Below are positions 1-12,852 of a stretch of 64,000 nucleotides of DNA, piece after piece. The DNA comes from Mobula hypostoma (Eukaryota). Numbering within the stretch: the stretch's first letter is position 1; the number at the start of each line of letters is the position of its first letter. Under the pieces are notes generated by a model. That model had not been told where the DNA came from. It was given only the letters and a program-made list of their open reading frames with translations, and made no database searches. A program made the translations under genes and the position numbers. The stretch lies in contig NC_086098.1 in NCBI RefSeq assembly GCF_963921235.1, forward strand, positions 1,364,001 through 1,428,000, written 5' to 3'.

Positions 1-1080
1 TTTGCTTTGTGGATCCAGAATTGGCTTGCCCACAAAAGGCAAAGAGTGGTTGTAGATGCTTCGTGTTCTGCATGGAGGATGGTGATCAGAGGTGTTCCTC
101 AGGGATCTGTTCTGGGATGCCTCCCTCTTTGTGATTTTTATAAATGACCTGGATGAAGAAGTAGAAGGGTGGGCTGGTAAGTTTGCTGATGACACAAAGG
201 TTGGGGGTGTTGTGGATAGACTGGAGGGCTGTCAGAGGTTACAGCGGGACATTGATAGGATGCAGAACTGGGTTGAGAAGTGGCAGAAGGAGTTCAACCC
301 AGATAAGTGTGAGGTGGGTCATTTTGGTAGGTCAAATATGATGGCAGAATATAGAATTAATGGCAAGACTCTTGGCATTGTGGAGGATCAGAGGGATTTT
401 GGGGTCCGTGTCTGTAGGGCACTCAAAGCTGCTGTGCAGGTTGGGTGTGTGGTTAAGAAAGCCCATGGTGCATTGGCCTTTATCAACCGTGGGATTGAGT
501 TCAAGAGCTAAGAGGTAATGTTACAGCTGTATAGGACCCTGGTCAGACCCCACTTGGAGTACTGTGCTCAGTTCTGGTTGCCTCACTACAGGAAGGGTGT
601 GGAAACCATAGAAAAGGTGCAGAGGAGATTTACAAGGATTTTGCCTGGATTGGGGAGCATGCCTTATGAGAATACGATGAGTGAACTTGGCCTTTTCTTC
701 TTGGAGCGACGGAGGATAAGAGATGACCTGAAAGAGGTGTATAAGATGATGAGAGGCATTGATCATGTGGATAGTCAGAGGCTTTATCCCAGGGCTGAAG
801 TGACTAACTTGAAAAGGGATAGTTTTAACGCCCTTAGAAATAGGTATAGGATGTCAGGGGTAAGTTTTTTTTACACAGAGTGGTGAGTGCGTGGAACGCG
901 CTGCTGGTGACTGTGGTGGAGGCAGATACAATAGGGTCTTTTAAGAAACTCCTGGATAGGTACGAGTTTAGAAAAATAGATGGCTATGGGTAACCCTAGG
1001 TAGTTTCTACAGTAAGTACGTGTTCGGCACAGCATTGTGGGCTGAAGGGCCTGTATTGTGCTGTAGGTTTTCCATGTTTA
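1..1080 (+). mobile_element. CR1 LINE, 3' part of ORF2 (RT and C-terminus) plus 3' UTR, degenerate
   Basis: ORFs 92-511 (FINDL, KFADDTK) and 518-886 (LYRTLVRPHLEYC, RRRIRDDL) carry CR1 RT motifs, with an in-frame stop between them; CR1-type tail ends near 1080. Confidence 0.9.
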
Positions 1081-1152
1081 TATATTGTGATCACTGGTTG
1101 CTAAGAGTTCTTCTACGTTAAGCTCCCTAATCACTTCTGGTTCATTACAAAA

Positions 1153-1500
1153 CACCTAATGCAGAATAGCTGATTAAACCAGGGTCTCATAGTGAGATTG
1201 AATTAAACCAGATCCTCAAAATTTACTTAATATTGTGCATAGTCTCTGATTGAGATCAAGTTAAACTACAGTCGTGGATTGACATTAAGTTAAACCAGAG
1301 TGACAGATTGAGATTATGTTAAATCTCAGAGTGAGATTAAGTACAATCAACTCCTCAGAGTGAGATTAAATCAAAACTGATATTCATCGTTTGATTAAAG
1401 GAAACCTGTCTCTGAGCTTGAGATTGAATTAAAGTAGGTCTTCAGAGTGAGATTAAATTAAACCAGAGTATGAGTGACATTGAATTAACCTAAAATCTCA
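1153..1500 (+). repeat. 29-bp AT-rich satellite (consensus GAGATTAAATTAAACCAGATCCTCAGAGT), degenerate block
   Basis: Recurrent GTGAGATTAAATTAAACCAG units at ~29-bp spacing. Confidence 0.85.
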
Positions 1501-2142
1501 GGATGTTTGATAATTTATATTAAATTTAGTAGATTCAATTCAGTGTACACAATGACATATCAGTTACAAAGGGGAGACAGCAGCAGCCTAAGGGTCAGGG
1601 TCACAGGGCATCTCAGCATTATTACAGGGGAAGAGACATGCAGAAATTGTTCAGTATTTCCTCCGCTTTCCACTGGTACATTTACTTGTATCATCTGAAG
1701 GAACTGGATTCTTGTGCATTCACAGCCCTGTACTGCCATCCCACTACAACACAAAGAAGTACAGAATGTTCTAACCGGACGGGGAATCATTAAAGATTGA
1801 TGCTGTTGCTTCACTCATCACTAACAACCCTAATGTCTCCAATTTCAATACTTTATATTTCTCATCATAGGTCAGTTGAAAAGCCACTGAAAAGGTGATG
1901 TAAATAGTTGATTTGTTTTAATTGCTAAGACCATAAAAACAAAAATAGACTGGATGTATTTTACCAGTTGCAGTACAAGAACATAATTCTTTATTTTGAA
2001 AAACTCTCACACAAAGTGAAGAATTTGTCTTAAAAGCATTTGGGGGACTGTAGATATTTTATCAAAAGGATAGAATGTTGCAGGAAATTAAAAGTAAAAA
2101 GGAAAGGGAATGTTTTTGGTAAAAGGAATGTGTTTTGTAAGC

Positions 2143-2228
2143 ATAAGAGATTCTACAGATGCTGGAAAACACAAAATGCTATCAGCAGGTCATGCAGTAT
2201 CTATGGAGAGGAAAAACAGTGGATATTT
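2143..2228. mobile_element. Short degenerate Penelope-like terminal fragment
   Basis: gattctacagatgctggaaa...cagcaggtcatgcagtatctatggagagg resembles 33890-33975. Confidence 0.5.
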
Positions 2229-2229
2229 A

Positions 2230-2878
2230 AGATCATAAAATATAGAAGCAGAATTAGGTTATTTGGCCCATCAAGTCTGCTCTGCCATTTCATCATAACT
2301 GATTTATTTTCTCTCTCAGCCTCAATCTTCAGCATTCCTTCACGCCTTGACCAACCAAGAATCTATCAACCTCTGCTTTAAATATACCCAATGACTTGGC
2401 CTCCACAACCGTTTCTGGCAAAGAATTCCACAGATTCAACCTCTCTGGCTATAGAAATTCACATTTCAGTTTTCAAAGGATCCCCTGTATTCCAGGGCTA
2501 TGTCCTCTGGTCTTAGACTCTCCCACCATAGAAAACTTCCTTTCCACATCCACTCTATCGAGCCCTTTCACCATTCAATAGGTTTCAATGAGGTTACCCT
2601 GATTCTTCTGAATTCTAGTGAATACAGACCCAGAGCCATCAAATGCTCTTCCTATGACAAGCCACTCAATCCTGGAATCATTTTCATGAACCCCCTTTGA
2701 ACCCTCTCCAATTTCAGCACATCCTTTCTAAGATAAAGGCCCCAAGACTGCTCACAATATTCTGTGAGGTCTCACGGGTGCTTTATAAAGTTTCACCATG
2801 ACATCCTTGCTTTTATATTCTAGTCTTCTTGAAATGAATGCTTACATCACATATGCTTTCCTCACCACAGAGTCAACA
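2230..2878 (-). mobile_element. CR1 LINE 3' end fragment
   Basis: Reverse complement resembles CR1 ORF2 C-terminus and tail of 7560-8183. Confidence 0.85.
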
Positions 2879-2879
2879 C

Positions 2880-3220
2880 GCTGCAGGATGCCTAGCCTTT
2901 GATCTGCTGTGGTAGCCACAGTGTTTATATATGGCTAGTCCAGTTCAGTTTCCTGTCAATGGTAACCCCCAGGATGATGATAGTAGGGGATTCAATGATG
3001 GTGATGCCACTGAATGTCTAGGGGTGATGGATCGAGACTCTCTTGTTGGAGATGGTCATTGCCTCTCTTGTTGGTGTGGTCATTACCTGGCACTTGCATG
3101 GCTCGAATATTACTTGCAACTTGTCAGTTCAAGCCTGGATATTGTCCAGGTCCTGCTGCATTTGGGTAAGGAATGCTTCACTATCTGAGGAGTCACGAAT
3201 GGTGCAGAACATTGTGCAGT
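2880..3220 (-). mobile_element. LINE (CR1-like) RT C-terminal fragment of a different subfamily
   Basis: Minus strand reads ...MQQDLDNIQA... and ILGVTIDRKLNWTSHI. Confidence 0.65.
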
Positions 3221-3221
3221 G

Positions 3222-3692
3222 ATACTGATACATCTGACTTTAGATTTTCATTCTCAAATTTCAGGGTGAGTTTGATCATATTATGATCACTTTCCCCCAA
3301 GGGTTCTTTTACCTTAAGCTCTGTAATCAATTCCAGTTGATTGTACAACACCCAATCCAGAATACCTGATCCCCTAGTGGGCTCAACCACTAGCTGCTAT
3401 AAAAAGCCGTCTCGTAGGCAATAAGGAATTCCCCCTCTTAAAATGCAGCATCAACCTGATATTCCCAATCTACCTGCATATTGAAATCCTCGATGACTAC
3501 TGTAACACTGCCCTTTCAGCATGCATTTTCCATTTCCCATTGTAGTTTGTAGGCCACATCCTTACCACTGTTTGGTGGTTTGTACATAACTCCTTTGCTC
3601 TATTCACAATGGTTCACCACTTTCCAACGCTATGTCACCTCTTTCTAATGATTTGATTTCATTTTTATCAACACAGCAACCACCTTCTTGTC
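3222..3692 (-). mobile_element. CR1 ORF2 APE endonuclease fragment
   Basis: ORF 3193-3390: EPTRGSGILDWVL...LGESDHNMI (APE PTR/LD/SDH motifs). Confidence 0.85.
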
Positions 3693-3699
3693 CTTTTGA

Positions 3700-5450
3700 G
3701 TGATTTTATGAAGCTAGCTAGAAATCTGTAAAGCGGAGCTCCAGGGTAGTAATCTCCGGATTGCTGCCTGTGCCATGTTCCAGTGAGGGTTAAAATAGGA
3801 AGTTCTAGTGGGTGAATGCGTCGCTGAGGAACTGGCACAGGAGGTTGGGGTTCAGATTTATGGATCATTAGGATCTCTACTGTTGAAGGTATGACCTGTA
3901 CAAAAGGGACAGGTTACACCTGAACTGAGGGAGTCCAGTATCCTTGCGGGCAGGTTGGAGTGAGTTTAAACAAATTTGGCAGGGGGATGGGAACCGGAGT
4001 GATAGTGCTGAGGAAGGGGCAGATGGATTACAAAGAGAGGTAATATGTAGTGAAACTCCTACCAAGGAGAAGCTGATGATGGGGAAAAATTGCAGTCATC
4101 AGGATGAGTTACAACATCAAAGGCAGACAAAATTGAAAAGGGTGAATGCAGGACTTAATTTGTTATATTTGAATGTGTGCAGTACACAATAGACAATAGA
4201 CAATAGGTGCAGGAGTAGGCCATTCACTGTGATCATGGCTGATCATCCACTATCAGTATCCAGTTCCTACCCTATCCCCATAACCTTTGTTTCCACTATC
4301 TTTAAGAGCTCTATCCATCTCTTTTTTGAAAGCATCCAGAGACTTGGCCTCCACTGCCTTCTGGGGCAGAGCATTCCATATATCCACCACTCTCTGGGTG
4401 AAAAAGTTTTTTCTCAACTCCGTTGTAAATGGCCTACCCTTAATTCTTAAACTGTGGCCTCTGGTTCTGGACCCACCCAACAGCAGGAACATGCTTCCTG
4501 CCTGCAGCGTGTCCAATCCCTTAATAATCTTATATGTTTCAATAAGATCCCCTCTCAGCCTTCTAAATTCCAGAGTATACAAGCCCAGTTGCTCCAATCT
4601 TTCGACATATGAGAGACCCGCCATCCCGGGAATTAACCTTGTGAACCTACGCTGCACTCCCTCAATAGCAAGAATGTCCTTCCTCAAATTTGGAGACCAA
4701 AACTGCACACAGTACTCCAGGTGTGGTCTCACCAGGGCCTTGTACAGCTGCAGAAGGACCTCTTTGCTCTTATACTCAATTCCCCTTGTTATGAAGGCCA
4801 GCATGCCATTAGCTTTCTTCACTGCCTGCTGTACTTGCATGCTTGTTTTCAGTGACTGATGTACGAGAACACTTAGATCTCGTTGTGCTTCCCCTTTTCC
4901 TAACTTGACTCCATTTAGATAATAATTTGCCTTCCCGTTCTTACCACCAAAGTGGATAACTTCACATTTATCCACATTAAACTGCATCTGCCATGCATCT
5001 GCCCACTCACCCAGCCTGTCCAAGTCACCCTGCATTCTCATAACATCCTCCTCACATTTCACACTGCCACCCAGCTTTGTGTCATCGGCAAATTTGCTAC
5101 TGTTACTTTTAATTCCCTCATCTAAATCATTAATATATATTGTAAACAGCTGCGGTCCCAGCACTGAACCCTGTGGTACCCCACTGGTCACCACCTGCCA
5201 TTCCGAAAGGGAGCCGTTAATCGCTACTCTTTGTTTTCTGTCAGCCAGCCAATTTTCAATCCATGTCAGTACTCTGCCCCCAATACCATGTGCCTTAATT
5301 TTGCCCACTCATCTCCTATGTGGGACTTTATCACGGGTTAAGGTAGATGAACTTGTAGTACAGTTACATATCGGCATGTATGATGTTGTAGGCATCACTG
5401 AATCATGGCTGAAAGAAGTTTATAGCTGGGAGCTTAATGTCCAAGGATAC
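3700..5450 (+). mobile_element. CR1 ORF1 end and ORF2 start (3700-4185, 5338-5450), split by a nested minus-strand CR1
   Basis: Esterase C-terminus (DRLHL), then LNLLYLNVCS, resuming after the insert with KVDELVV...YDVVGITESWL. Confidence 0.8.
4186..5332 (-). mobile_element. 5'-truncated CR1 with uninterrupted 351-aa RT/C-terminal ORF (4253-5308)
   Basis: [34 protein letters not shown]; 7-bp tail repeat (GACAATA)n at ~4186-4205. Confidence 0.92.
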
Positions 5451-6035
5451 ACCTACCTTCCTGTCCTTCCAATACAATATGTAACCTTGGACATTCAACT
5501 CCCAATGACAACCATCTTTCAATCATGATTCAGTGATGGCCACAACATCATACCCAATAATCTGTAAAAGTGCAACAAGATCATTCACCTTATTTCTTAT
5601 ACTTCATGCATTGAGGTATAATACTCTGACTGCCGTTTGCTACTCCTTTTGGTTCTACATCCCTAATGTACTGATACTCACCCTGTTGGTTGCAATTTTG
5701 TCCTGTCATCTGCCTGCCCTTCCTGACAGTCTGACTGCACACTACCTTTGCTTTTTCACCATCCACCCTGTCCTGAGTTCCTTCACTTTGGTTCCCACCC
5801 CACCCCCGCCAAGTTAATTTAAACCCTCCCCGACAGCTCTAACACACCTGCCCACGGGAATATTGGTCCCCTTCGGTTCAGGTGCAACCTGTCCTTTTAT
5901 ACAAGCAAACCTCCCCCGAGGAGATCCCAATGATCCAAGAACCTGAAGCCTTGCCCCTGATCCAGTTTCTCAGCCACGTATTCATCTGCCAATTCATCCT
6001 GTCACTGGTGCACGGCACGGGTAGCAATCCAAAAA
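5451..6035 (-). mobile_element. CR1 ORF1 end and APE start fragment
   Basis: Reverse complement closely resembles 9850-10020 and esterase-end sequence. Confidence 0.8.
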
Positions 6036-6039
6036 TTCA

Positions 6040-6922
6040 ACCTGAGTCTCATACTTGACAATAAATGCAACTTGAGTCTCGGAGTGAGATATAATGAAAC
6101 CCGATCTTCATAGTGAGATTAAATTAAACCAGGCAGATCCTGAGATTGATATTAAATTAAACCAAATCCTCAGAATGAGATTAATTTATACACGATCCTC
6201 AGAGTGACAGAATGGATACTCATTGTGAGATTACAGTGAAACAGAGTCTGAGAGTAAGATTAAATTAAGTCAGATCCTGAGAGTGAGATAATTTAAAATA
6301 GATACCGAGAGTGAGATTAGATTAAACCAGAATCTCAGAGTGAGATCTAATTAAATCAGATGCTCAGAATAAGATTAATTTAATCCAGAGTCTCAGAGTG
6401 AGACAAAATTAAACCAGGTTCTCAGAGTGAGATTAAATTTGACCTGATATTGAGAGAGAGATTAAATTAAACCTGAGTCTCAGATTGAGATTAAATTAAA
6501 CCAGAGTCTCAGAGTGAGACTAAATTAAACCAGATCCTCAGAGTGCGATTAAATTAACCTGGAAAATGAGAGTGAGATTGAATTAAACCAGATTTTTAAT
6601 GTGATGTTAATTTAAACCAGATCTTCGGAGTGAAATTAAATTAAGCAAGATCCTAAGAGTGAGATTAAATTAAACCAGAAGATCAGAATAAAATAGAATT
6701 AAACCAGATCCACAGAATGAGATTAATTTAATCCAGTTTCAGAGTGAGATTTAATTTAAGTGGATGCTCAGAGTGTGATTAATTTAAATCAGATCCTGAG
6801 AGTGAGATTAAATTAGCCAGATCTTCAGAATGAGATTAATTTAAACAAGACCCTCAGAATGAGATTAAATTAAAACAAATATTCATCATGAGATTGTGTT
6901 GAATCAGTCTCTCAGTGTGTGA
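6040..6922 (+). repeat. 29-bp satellite, ~30 units
   Basis: Best preserved units at 6400-6560. Confidence 0.92.
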
Positions 6923-6924
6923 TT

Positions 6925-8183
6925 GCAAAGTCCTGCCTGATGAACCTGTTAGAATTCTTTGAGGAGATTACAAGTAGAATAGATAAAGGGGATGCAGTGG
7001 ATGTTGTATATTTGGACTTTCAGAAGGCCTTTGACAAGGGTCACACATGAGGTTGCTTACCAAGTTAAGAGCCCATGATATTAATGGAAAGTTACTAACA
7101 TGGGTTAAAGCATTGGCTGATTGGTAGGAGGCAGTGAGTGGGAATAAGATGATCCTTTTCTGGTTGGCTGCCAGTGACTAGTGGTGTTCCGCAGGGGTCG
7201 GTGCTGGGACCACTTCTTTTTATGATGTATATCAATGATTTAGATGATGGAATAGTTGGTTTTGTTGCCAAGGTTGCAGATGATTCAAAGTTTGGTGGAG
7301 GCGCAAATATTGTTGAGGAAATAATTAGGTGCAGAAAGACTCAGATCAGGAGAATGGGCAAGAAAGTGGCAAATGAAGTACAATATTGGAAAATGCATGG
7401 GCATGCACTTTGGCAGAATAAATAAATGTGCGGACTAATTTCTAAACAGGGAGAAAACCAAGAATCTAAGATGCAGAGCGACTTGAAAGTTCTTATGCAG
7501 AACACCCTGAAGGTTAACTTGCAGGTTGAGTCTGTGTTGAGGAAGGCAAATGCCATGTTAGCATTCATTTCAATAAGTCTAGAATACAAGAGCAAGGATG
7601 TGATGCTGAGGCTTTATAAGGCACTGGTGAGGCCTCACCTTGAGTATTGTGAATAGTTTTGGGCCCCTCATCTTAGAAAAGATGTGATGGCATTGGAAAG
7701 CGTCCAGAGGAGGTTCACAAGGATGATTCCAGGAATGAAAGGGTTATCATACGAGGAACGTTTGATGGCTCTGGGTCTGTACTCGCTGGAATTCTGATCT
7801 CATTGAAACATTTTGAATGTTGAAAGGCCTAGACGGAGTAGATGTGAAAAAGATTTTTCCCATGGTGGGAGAGTCTAGGACAAGGGGCACAGCCTCAGGA
7901 TAGAGGGGCGCCCTTTCAAAACAGAAATGCAGAGAAATTGCTTAAGCCAAAGGGTGGTGAATTTGTGGAATTTGTTGGCACATGCAGCTGTGGAGGCCAG
8001 GTCGTTGGGTGTATTTAAGGCAGAGATTGATAGGTTCTTGATTGGACATGGCATCAAAGGTTATGGGGAGAAGGCCAGGAACTGGGGTTAAAGAGGAGAA
8101 AAAAAAGGGTCAGCCATGATTGAATGGTGGAGCAGACTCGATGGGCCAGATGGCCTAATTCTGCTCCTATCTATTATGGCCTA
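6925..8183 (+). mobile_element. CR1 RT-to-3' end fragment, degenerate
   Basis: [27 protein letters not shown]; tail ggcctaattctgctcctat. Confidence 0.9.
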
Positions 8184-8249
8184 ATCCAGATTCTTAGAAT
8201 GAGATTAATTTAATTCACAGTGTCAGAGTGAGATTCAATTAAACCTGAT

Positions 8250-8852
8250 TTATTTCAAGGGGAATAGAATATAAAAGCAAGGAGATAATGCTGAGCCTTT
8301 ATAAGACTCTGGTCAGGCTGCACAGAGTAGTATTAACAGTTTTGGGCTCCATATCTCAGAAAAGGTGTGTTTACATTGGCGAGAGTCCAGTGGAGGTTCA
8401 CGAGGATGATTTCGGGAATGATTTACATATGAGGAGCATTTGGCAACTTTGGGCCTGGAATTTAAAGAATGCAGAGAGATCTCATTGAAACCTACCGAAT
8501 GTAGAAAGGACTAGATAGGGTGGATGTGGAGTAGATGTTTCCTATGATGGGGGTATCCAGAACTAGAGGACACAGCCTCCAAATTGAGGGGCGACCCTTT
8601 AGAACAGAGATAATTCTTTTAGTCGGAGAGTAGTAAATCTGTGGAATGCTCTGTCAGACTGCAGTGGAGGCCAAGTGTGTCTGTATATTAAAGGCAGAAT
8701 TTGATAGTTTCCTTGATCAGTCAGGGTATCCAAGGATATGATGTGAAGGCAAGTGTATGGATTTTAGTGGGATCCGTGATCAGCCATGAAGGAATGACAG
8801 GGCAGACTCGATGGGCTGAATGGCCTAATTTGCTCCTATGTCTTATGGTCTT
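8250..8852 (+). mobile_element. CR1 3' end fragment
   Basis: ISRGIEYKS...LYKTLVR; tail gctcctatgtcttatggtctta; flanked by satellite on both sides. Confidence 0.85.
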
Positions 8853-9168
8853 AATTAAACCTGAGTGAATCTGTGATAAATTAAACCAGAGTCGCAGAGT
8901 GAGTTTAAATTAAACCAGAGTTTCAGAGTGAGATTATATTAATCCAGATTCTCAGATTGAGATTAAATTAAACCAGATCCTCAGAGAGAGATTAAATTAA
9001 ACAACATTCTTAGAATGATAGTGAACTAAAGCGGATCCTCACAGTGCTATTTGATTTAACTAGATCCTGAGAGGGATCTTAAATTAAACCAAATTCTGAG
9101 AGCATGATTAAATTGAATGAGACCCTCAGAGAAAGGTTAAATTAAAGCGTATGCTCGGCGTGAGATTA
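8853..9168 (+). repeat. 29-bp satellite block (further small blocks at 8185-8248, 9627-9815, 12810-12852)
   Basis: Same consensus units. Confidence 0.85.
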
Positions 9169-9625
9169 AGACCATATAGGAGAATTAGGCCATTCAGCCC
9201 ACTGAGTCTGCTCTGCCATTCAATCATGGGCTGATCCAATTCTTCCAGTTATCCCCACCTCCCTGCCTTCTCGCCATACCCTTTGATGCCCTGGCTAATC
9301 AAGAACCTATCTATCTCTGCCTTAAATACACCCAATGACTTGGCCTCCACAGCTGCTCGTGGCAACAAATTCCACAGATTTACCACCCTCTGACTAAAGT
9401 AATTTCTCTGCATTTCTGTTCTAAATGGATGACCTTCAATCCTGAAGTCATGTCCTCTTGTCCTGGTCTCCCCTACCATGGGAAATAGCTTTGCCATATC
9501 TAATCTGTTCAGGCCTTTTAACATTTGAAATGTTTCTATGAGATCCCCCCTCATTCTCCTGAACTCCAGGGAATACAGCCCAAGAGCTGCCAGATGTTCC
9601 TCATACAGTAACTCTTTCATTCTTA
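9169..9625 (-). mobile_element. CR1 3' end fragment
   Basis: ORF 9249-9620: LGLYSLEFRRMRGDLIE...FSQRVVNLWN. Confidence 0.9.
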
Positions 9626-9815
9626 GAATTAAATTAAACCAGATGATGAGAGTGAGATTAAATTAAACTGGATCCTCAAAATGAGATCAATTTAATCAAG
9701 TCCCAGAGTGAGATTATGTTAAGCAAGAAACTCGGAGTGAGGTTTAATTATACCAGAATCTCACAGTGAGATTGCATGAAACCCGAGTCTCAGATTGAGA
9801 TTAAATTAAACCAGA

Positions 9816-12810
9816 ATCAAAAAGGGTAGCCCATGCTGCACTCAAATTGTTGTATCTCAATGCATAGAGTATAAGAAATAAGGTGGATAATCTTGTTGCA
9901 CTTTTACAGATTATCGGGTATGATGTTGTGGCCATTACTGAATCGTGGCTGAAGGATGGTTGTAGTTGGGAGCTGAATGTCCAAGGTCACATGTTGTATT
10001 GGAGGGATAGGAAGGTAGGCAGAGGGGGTGGTGTAGCTCCGCTGGTAAAGAATGGATCAAATCAGTAGAAAGATGTGACGTAGGACTGGAAGATGATAAA
10101 TCCTTGTGGGTTGAGTTAAGAAACTACAGGACAAAAGGACCCTGATGGCATTTGTATACGTGTCTCCCAACAGTAGCTGGGAGGTGGACCACAGATTACA
10201 ACAGGAAGTAGAAAAGCTGTGTCAAAAGGGCAATGTTATGATAATCATGGGAAATTTTAACATGCAGGTTGATTGAGATGAGTTTGATGAATGCCTCTGA
10301 GATGACTTTTCAGAGCTGATTTTTGTTGAGCCAACTAGAGGACCAGCTATACTCGATTGGGTGTTATGCAATGAACTGGAGGTGATTAGGGAGCTTAAGG
10401 TAAAAAAAAATCCTTAAGAGGCAGTGATCACAGTATGATTGAGTTCAACTTGAAGTTTGCTAAGGAGAAAATGAAGTCTGATGTAGCAGTATTTCAGTGG
10501 AGTAAAGGAAATTAAAGTATGAGAGAGGTGTTGGCCAAAGTAAATTGGAAGGAGATGCTGGCAGGGATGACAGGAGAGCAGCAAAGACATGAGTTTCTAG
10601 GAAAAATGAGGAAGGTGCAGGATAGATGTATTCCAAAAACAAAGAAATACTTAAATGGCAAAATAGTAAAACCGTGGCTGACAAGGGAAGTTAAAGCTAA
10701 TGTATATGCAAAAGAGAGGGCATACAACAAAGCAAAAAATAGTGGGAAGATAGACGATTGGAAAGCTTTCAAAACCCTACAGACAGCAACTAGAAGAATC
10801 ATCAGGAGGGAAAAGATGAAATATGAAAGCAAGGTCACAAACAATATCAAAGTGGATAATAAAAGCTTTTTTAAGTATGTAAAAAAATAAAAGAAAGATG
10901 AGAGTGGATATAGGACCTCCAGAAAATGAAGCCAGAGAAATAATAAGGGGGCCAGGGAGGTGGCAGATGAACTAAATGAGTATTTTGCATCAGCCTTCAC
11001 TGTGGAAGCAGTGTGCCAGATGTTGAAGCGTGTGTGTGAAGAGAAGTGGATGCAGTTACTGTGACAAGGGAGAAGGTGCTGAAAAAGCTGAAAGACCTAA
11101 GGGTACATAAGTCACTCGGATCAGATGAACTGCACCCGAGGTTTCTGAAGGAGGTAGTGTTAGAGATTGTGGAGGCATCAGTAATGATCTTTCAAAAGTC
11201 ATTGGACTCTGGTATGGTGCCAGAGTGTTGGAAAATTGCAAATGTCACTCCATTCTTTAAGAAAGGAGGAAGGCAGCAGAAAGGAAATTATGGACCGGTT
11301 AGCCTGACCTCAGTGGTTGGGAAGATGTTGGAATCAATTGTTAAGGATGAAGTTATGGATACTTGGTGACACAGGGCAAGAAAGGACAAAGTTAGCATGG
11401 TTTCCTAAGGGAAAATCTTGCCTGATGAACCTGTTAGAATTCTTTGAAGAGATTACCAGTAGGATAGATAAAGTGGATGCAGTGTATGTTATATAGTTGG
11501 ACTTTCAGAAGGCGTTTGGCAAAGGTGCTACACATGAGGCTGCTTACCAAGTTAAAAGCTCATGGTGTTACTGTAAAGTTACTGGAATGTTTAGAGCATT
11601 GGCTGATTGGTAGGAGGCAGTGAGTAGGAATAAAATGATCCTTTTCTGGTTGGCTGCTAGTGATGAGTGATGGTCTGCAGGGGTCAGTGTTGGGACCACT
11701 TCTTTTTATGCTGTATATCAATGATTTAGATGACGGAATAGATGGCTTTGTTGCCAAGTTTGCAGCTGATATGAAGATTGGTGGAGGGGCAGGTAGTGTT
11801 GAGGAAACAGATAGGCTGCAGAAGGACTAAGGCAGATTAGGAGATTGGGCAACAGAGTGGCAAATGAAAAATACAATGTTAGAAAATACATGGTCATGCA
11901 TTTTGGTGGTAGAAATAATTGTTCAGAGTATCTTTCTAAATGGTGAGAAAATCCAAAATTTGGTGATGCAGAGGGACTTGGGAGACCTTGTGCAGAACAC
12001 CCTATAGGTTAACTTGCAGGTAGAGTCAGTGGTGAGGAAAGCAAACACAATGTTAGCATTCATTACAAGAGCGGGGATGTGATGCAGAGGCTTTTTAAGG
12101 AATTTCTGAGGCCTTACTTTGAGTACTATGAACAGTTTTGGGCACCTCATCACAGAAAAGATGTATTGGCATTGGAGAGGGTCCAGAAGAGGTTCACAAA
12201 GATGATTCCAGTAATGAAAGGGTTATCATATGAGGAATGATTGATGTCTCTCGGTCTGTACCTGCCGGAATTTAGAAGGATTAGGGGGGATCTCATTGAA
12301 ATCTTTCAAATGTTGAAAGGTCTGGACAGAGTAGGAGTGGAAAGGATGACTCCTATTGTGGGGCAGCCTAGGACAAGGTGGCATGGCCTCAGGATAGAGG
12401 GACATCCATTTAAAAAAGAGATGTGTAACGTGTGAAAATTTCTTTAGTCAGAGGCTCGTGAATTTGTGGAATTTTTTTACCATAGGCAGCTGTTGAGGGC
12501 AGGTCATTTAAGGCAGAGCTTGATCACTTCTTGCTAGGACATGGTATCAAAGATTATAAGAAAATAAGAAATAGGAGCTGGAGTAAGCCATTTGGCCCAT
12601 CAAGCCTGTTCCACCATACAATAAGATCATGGCTGACCTGGCCATGGACTCATCTCCACTGACCTGTCTTTTCCCTATAAACCCTAATTCCTCTACAATG
12701 CAAAAATCTATGTGGAGAAGGCTGAGGATTGGAGCTGACAATCAGCTACGATTGAATGGTGGAGCAGACTTGCCAAATGTCCTAATTCTGCTCCTATGTC
12801 TTATGATCTT
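9816..12810 (+). mobile_element. CR1 ORF2 pseudogene (APE, tether, RT, tail), with small nested minus-strand CR1 tail at ~12555-12710
   Basis: YDVVAITESWL, SDH, WKIANVTPFFKKG, NYGPVSLTSVVGK, RRIRGDLI; many stops and frameshifts. Confidence 0.9.
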
Positions 12811-12852
12811 AAACCAGAATCTCAGAGTGATAGTAAATTAAATCAGATCCTG

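Noticed and set aside
1588..1608. Telomere-like AGGGTC repeats
   Set aside because: Only two to three imperfect units, not TTAGGG
4287..4859. Antisense ORFs overlapping LINE RT regions (many in the track)
   Set aside because: Shadow frames of LINE coding sequence with no independent motifs
4253..5308. Functional host RT gene
   Set aside because: 5'-truncated CR1 copy lacking the endonuclease and the RT N-terminus
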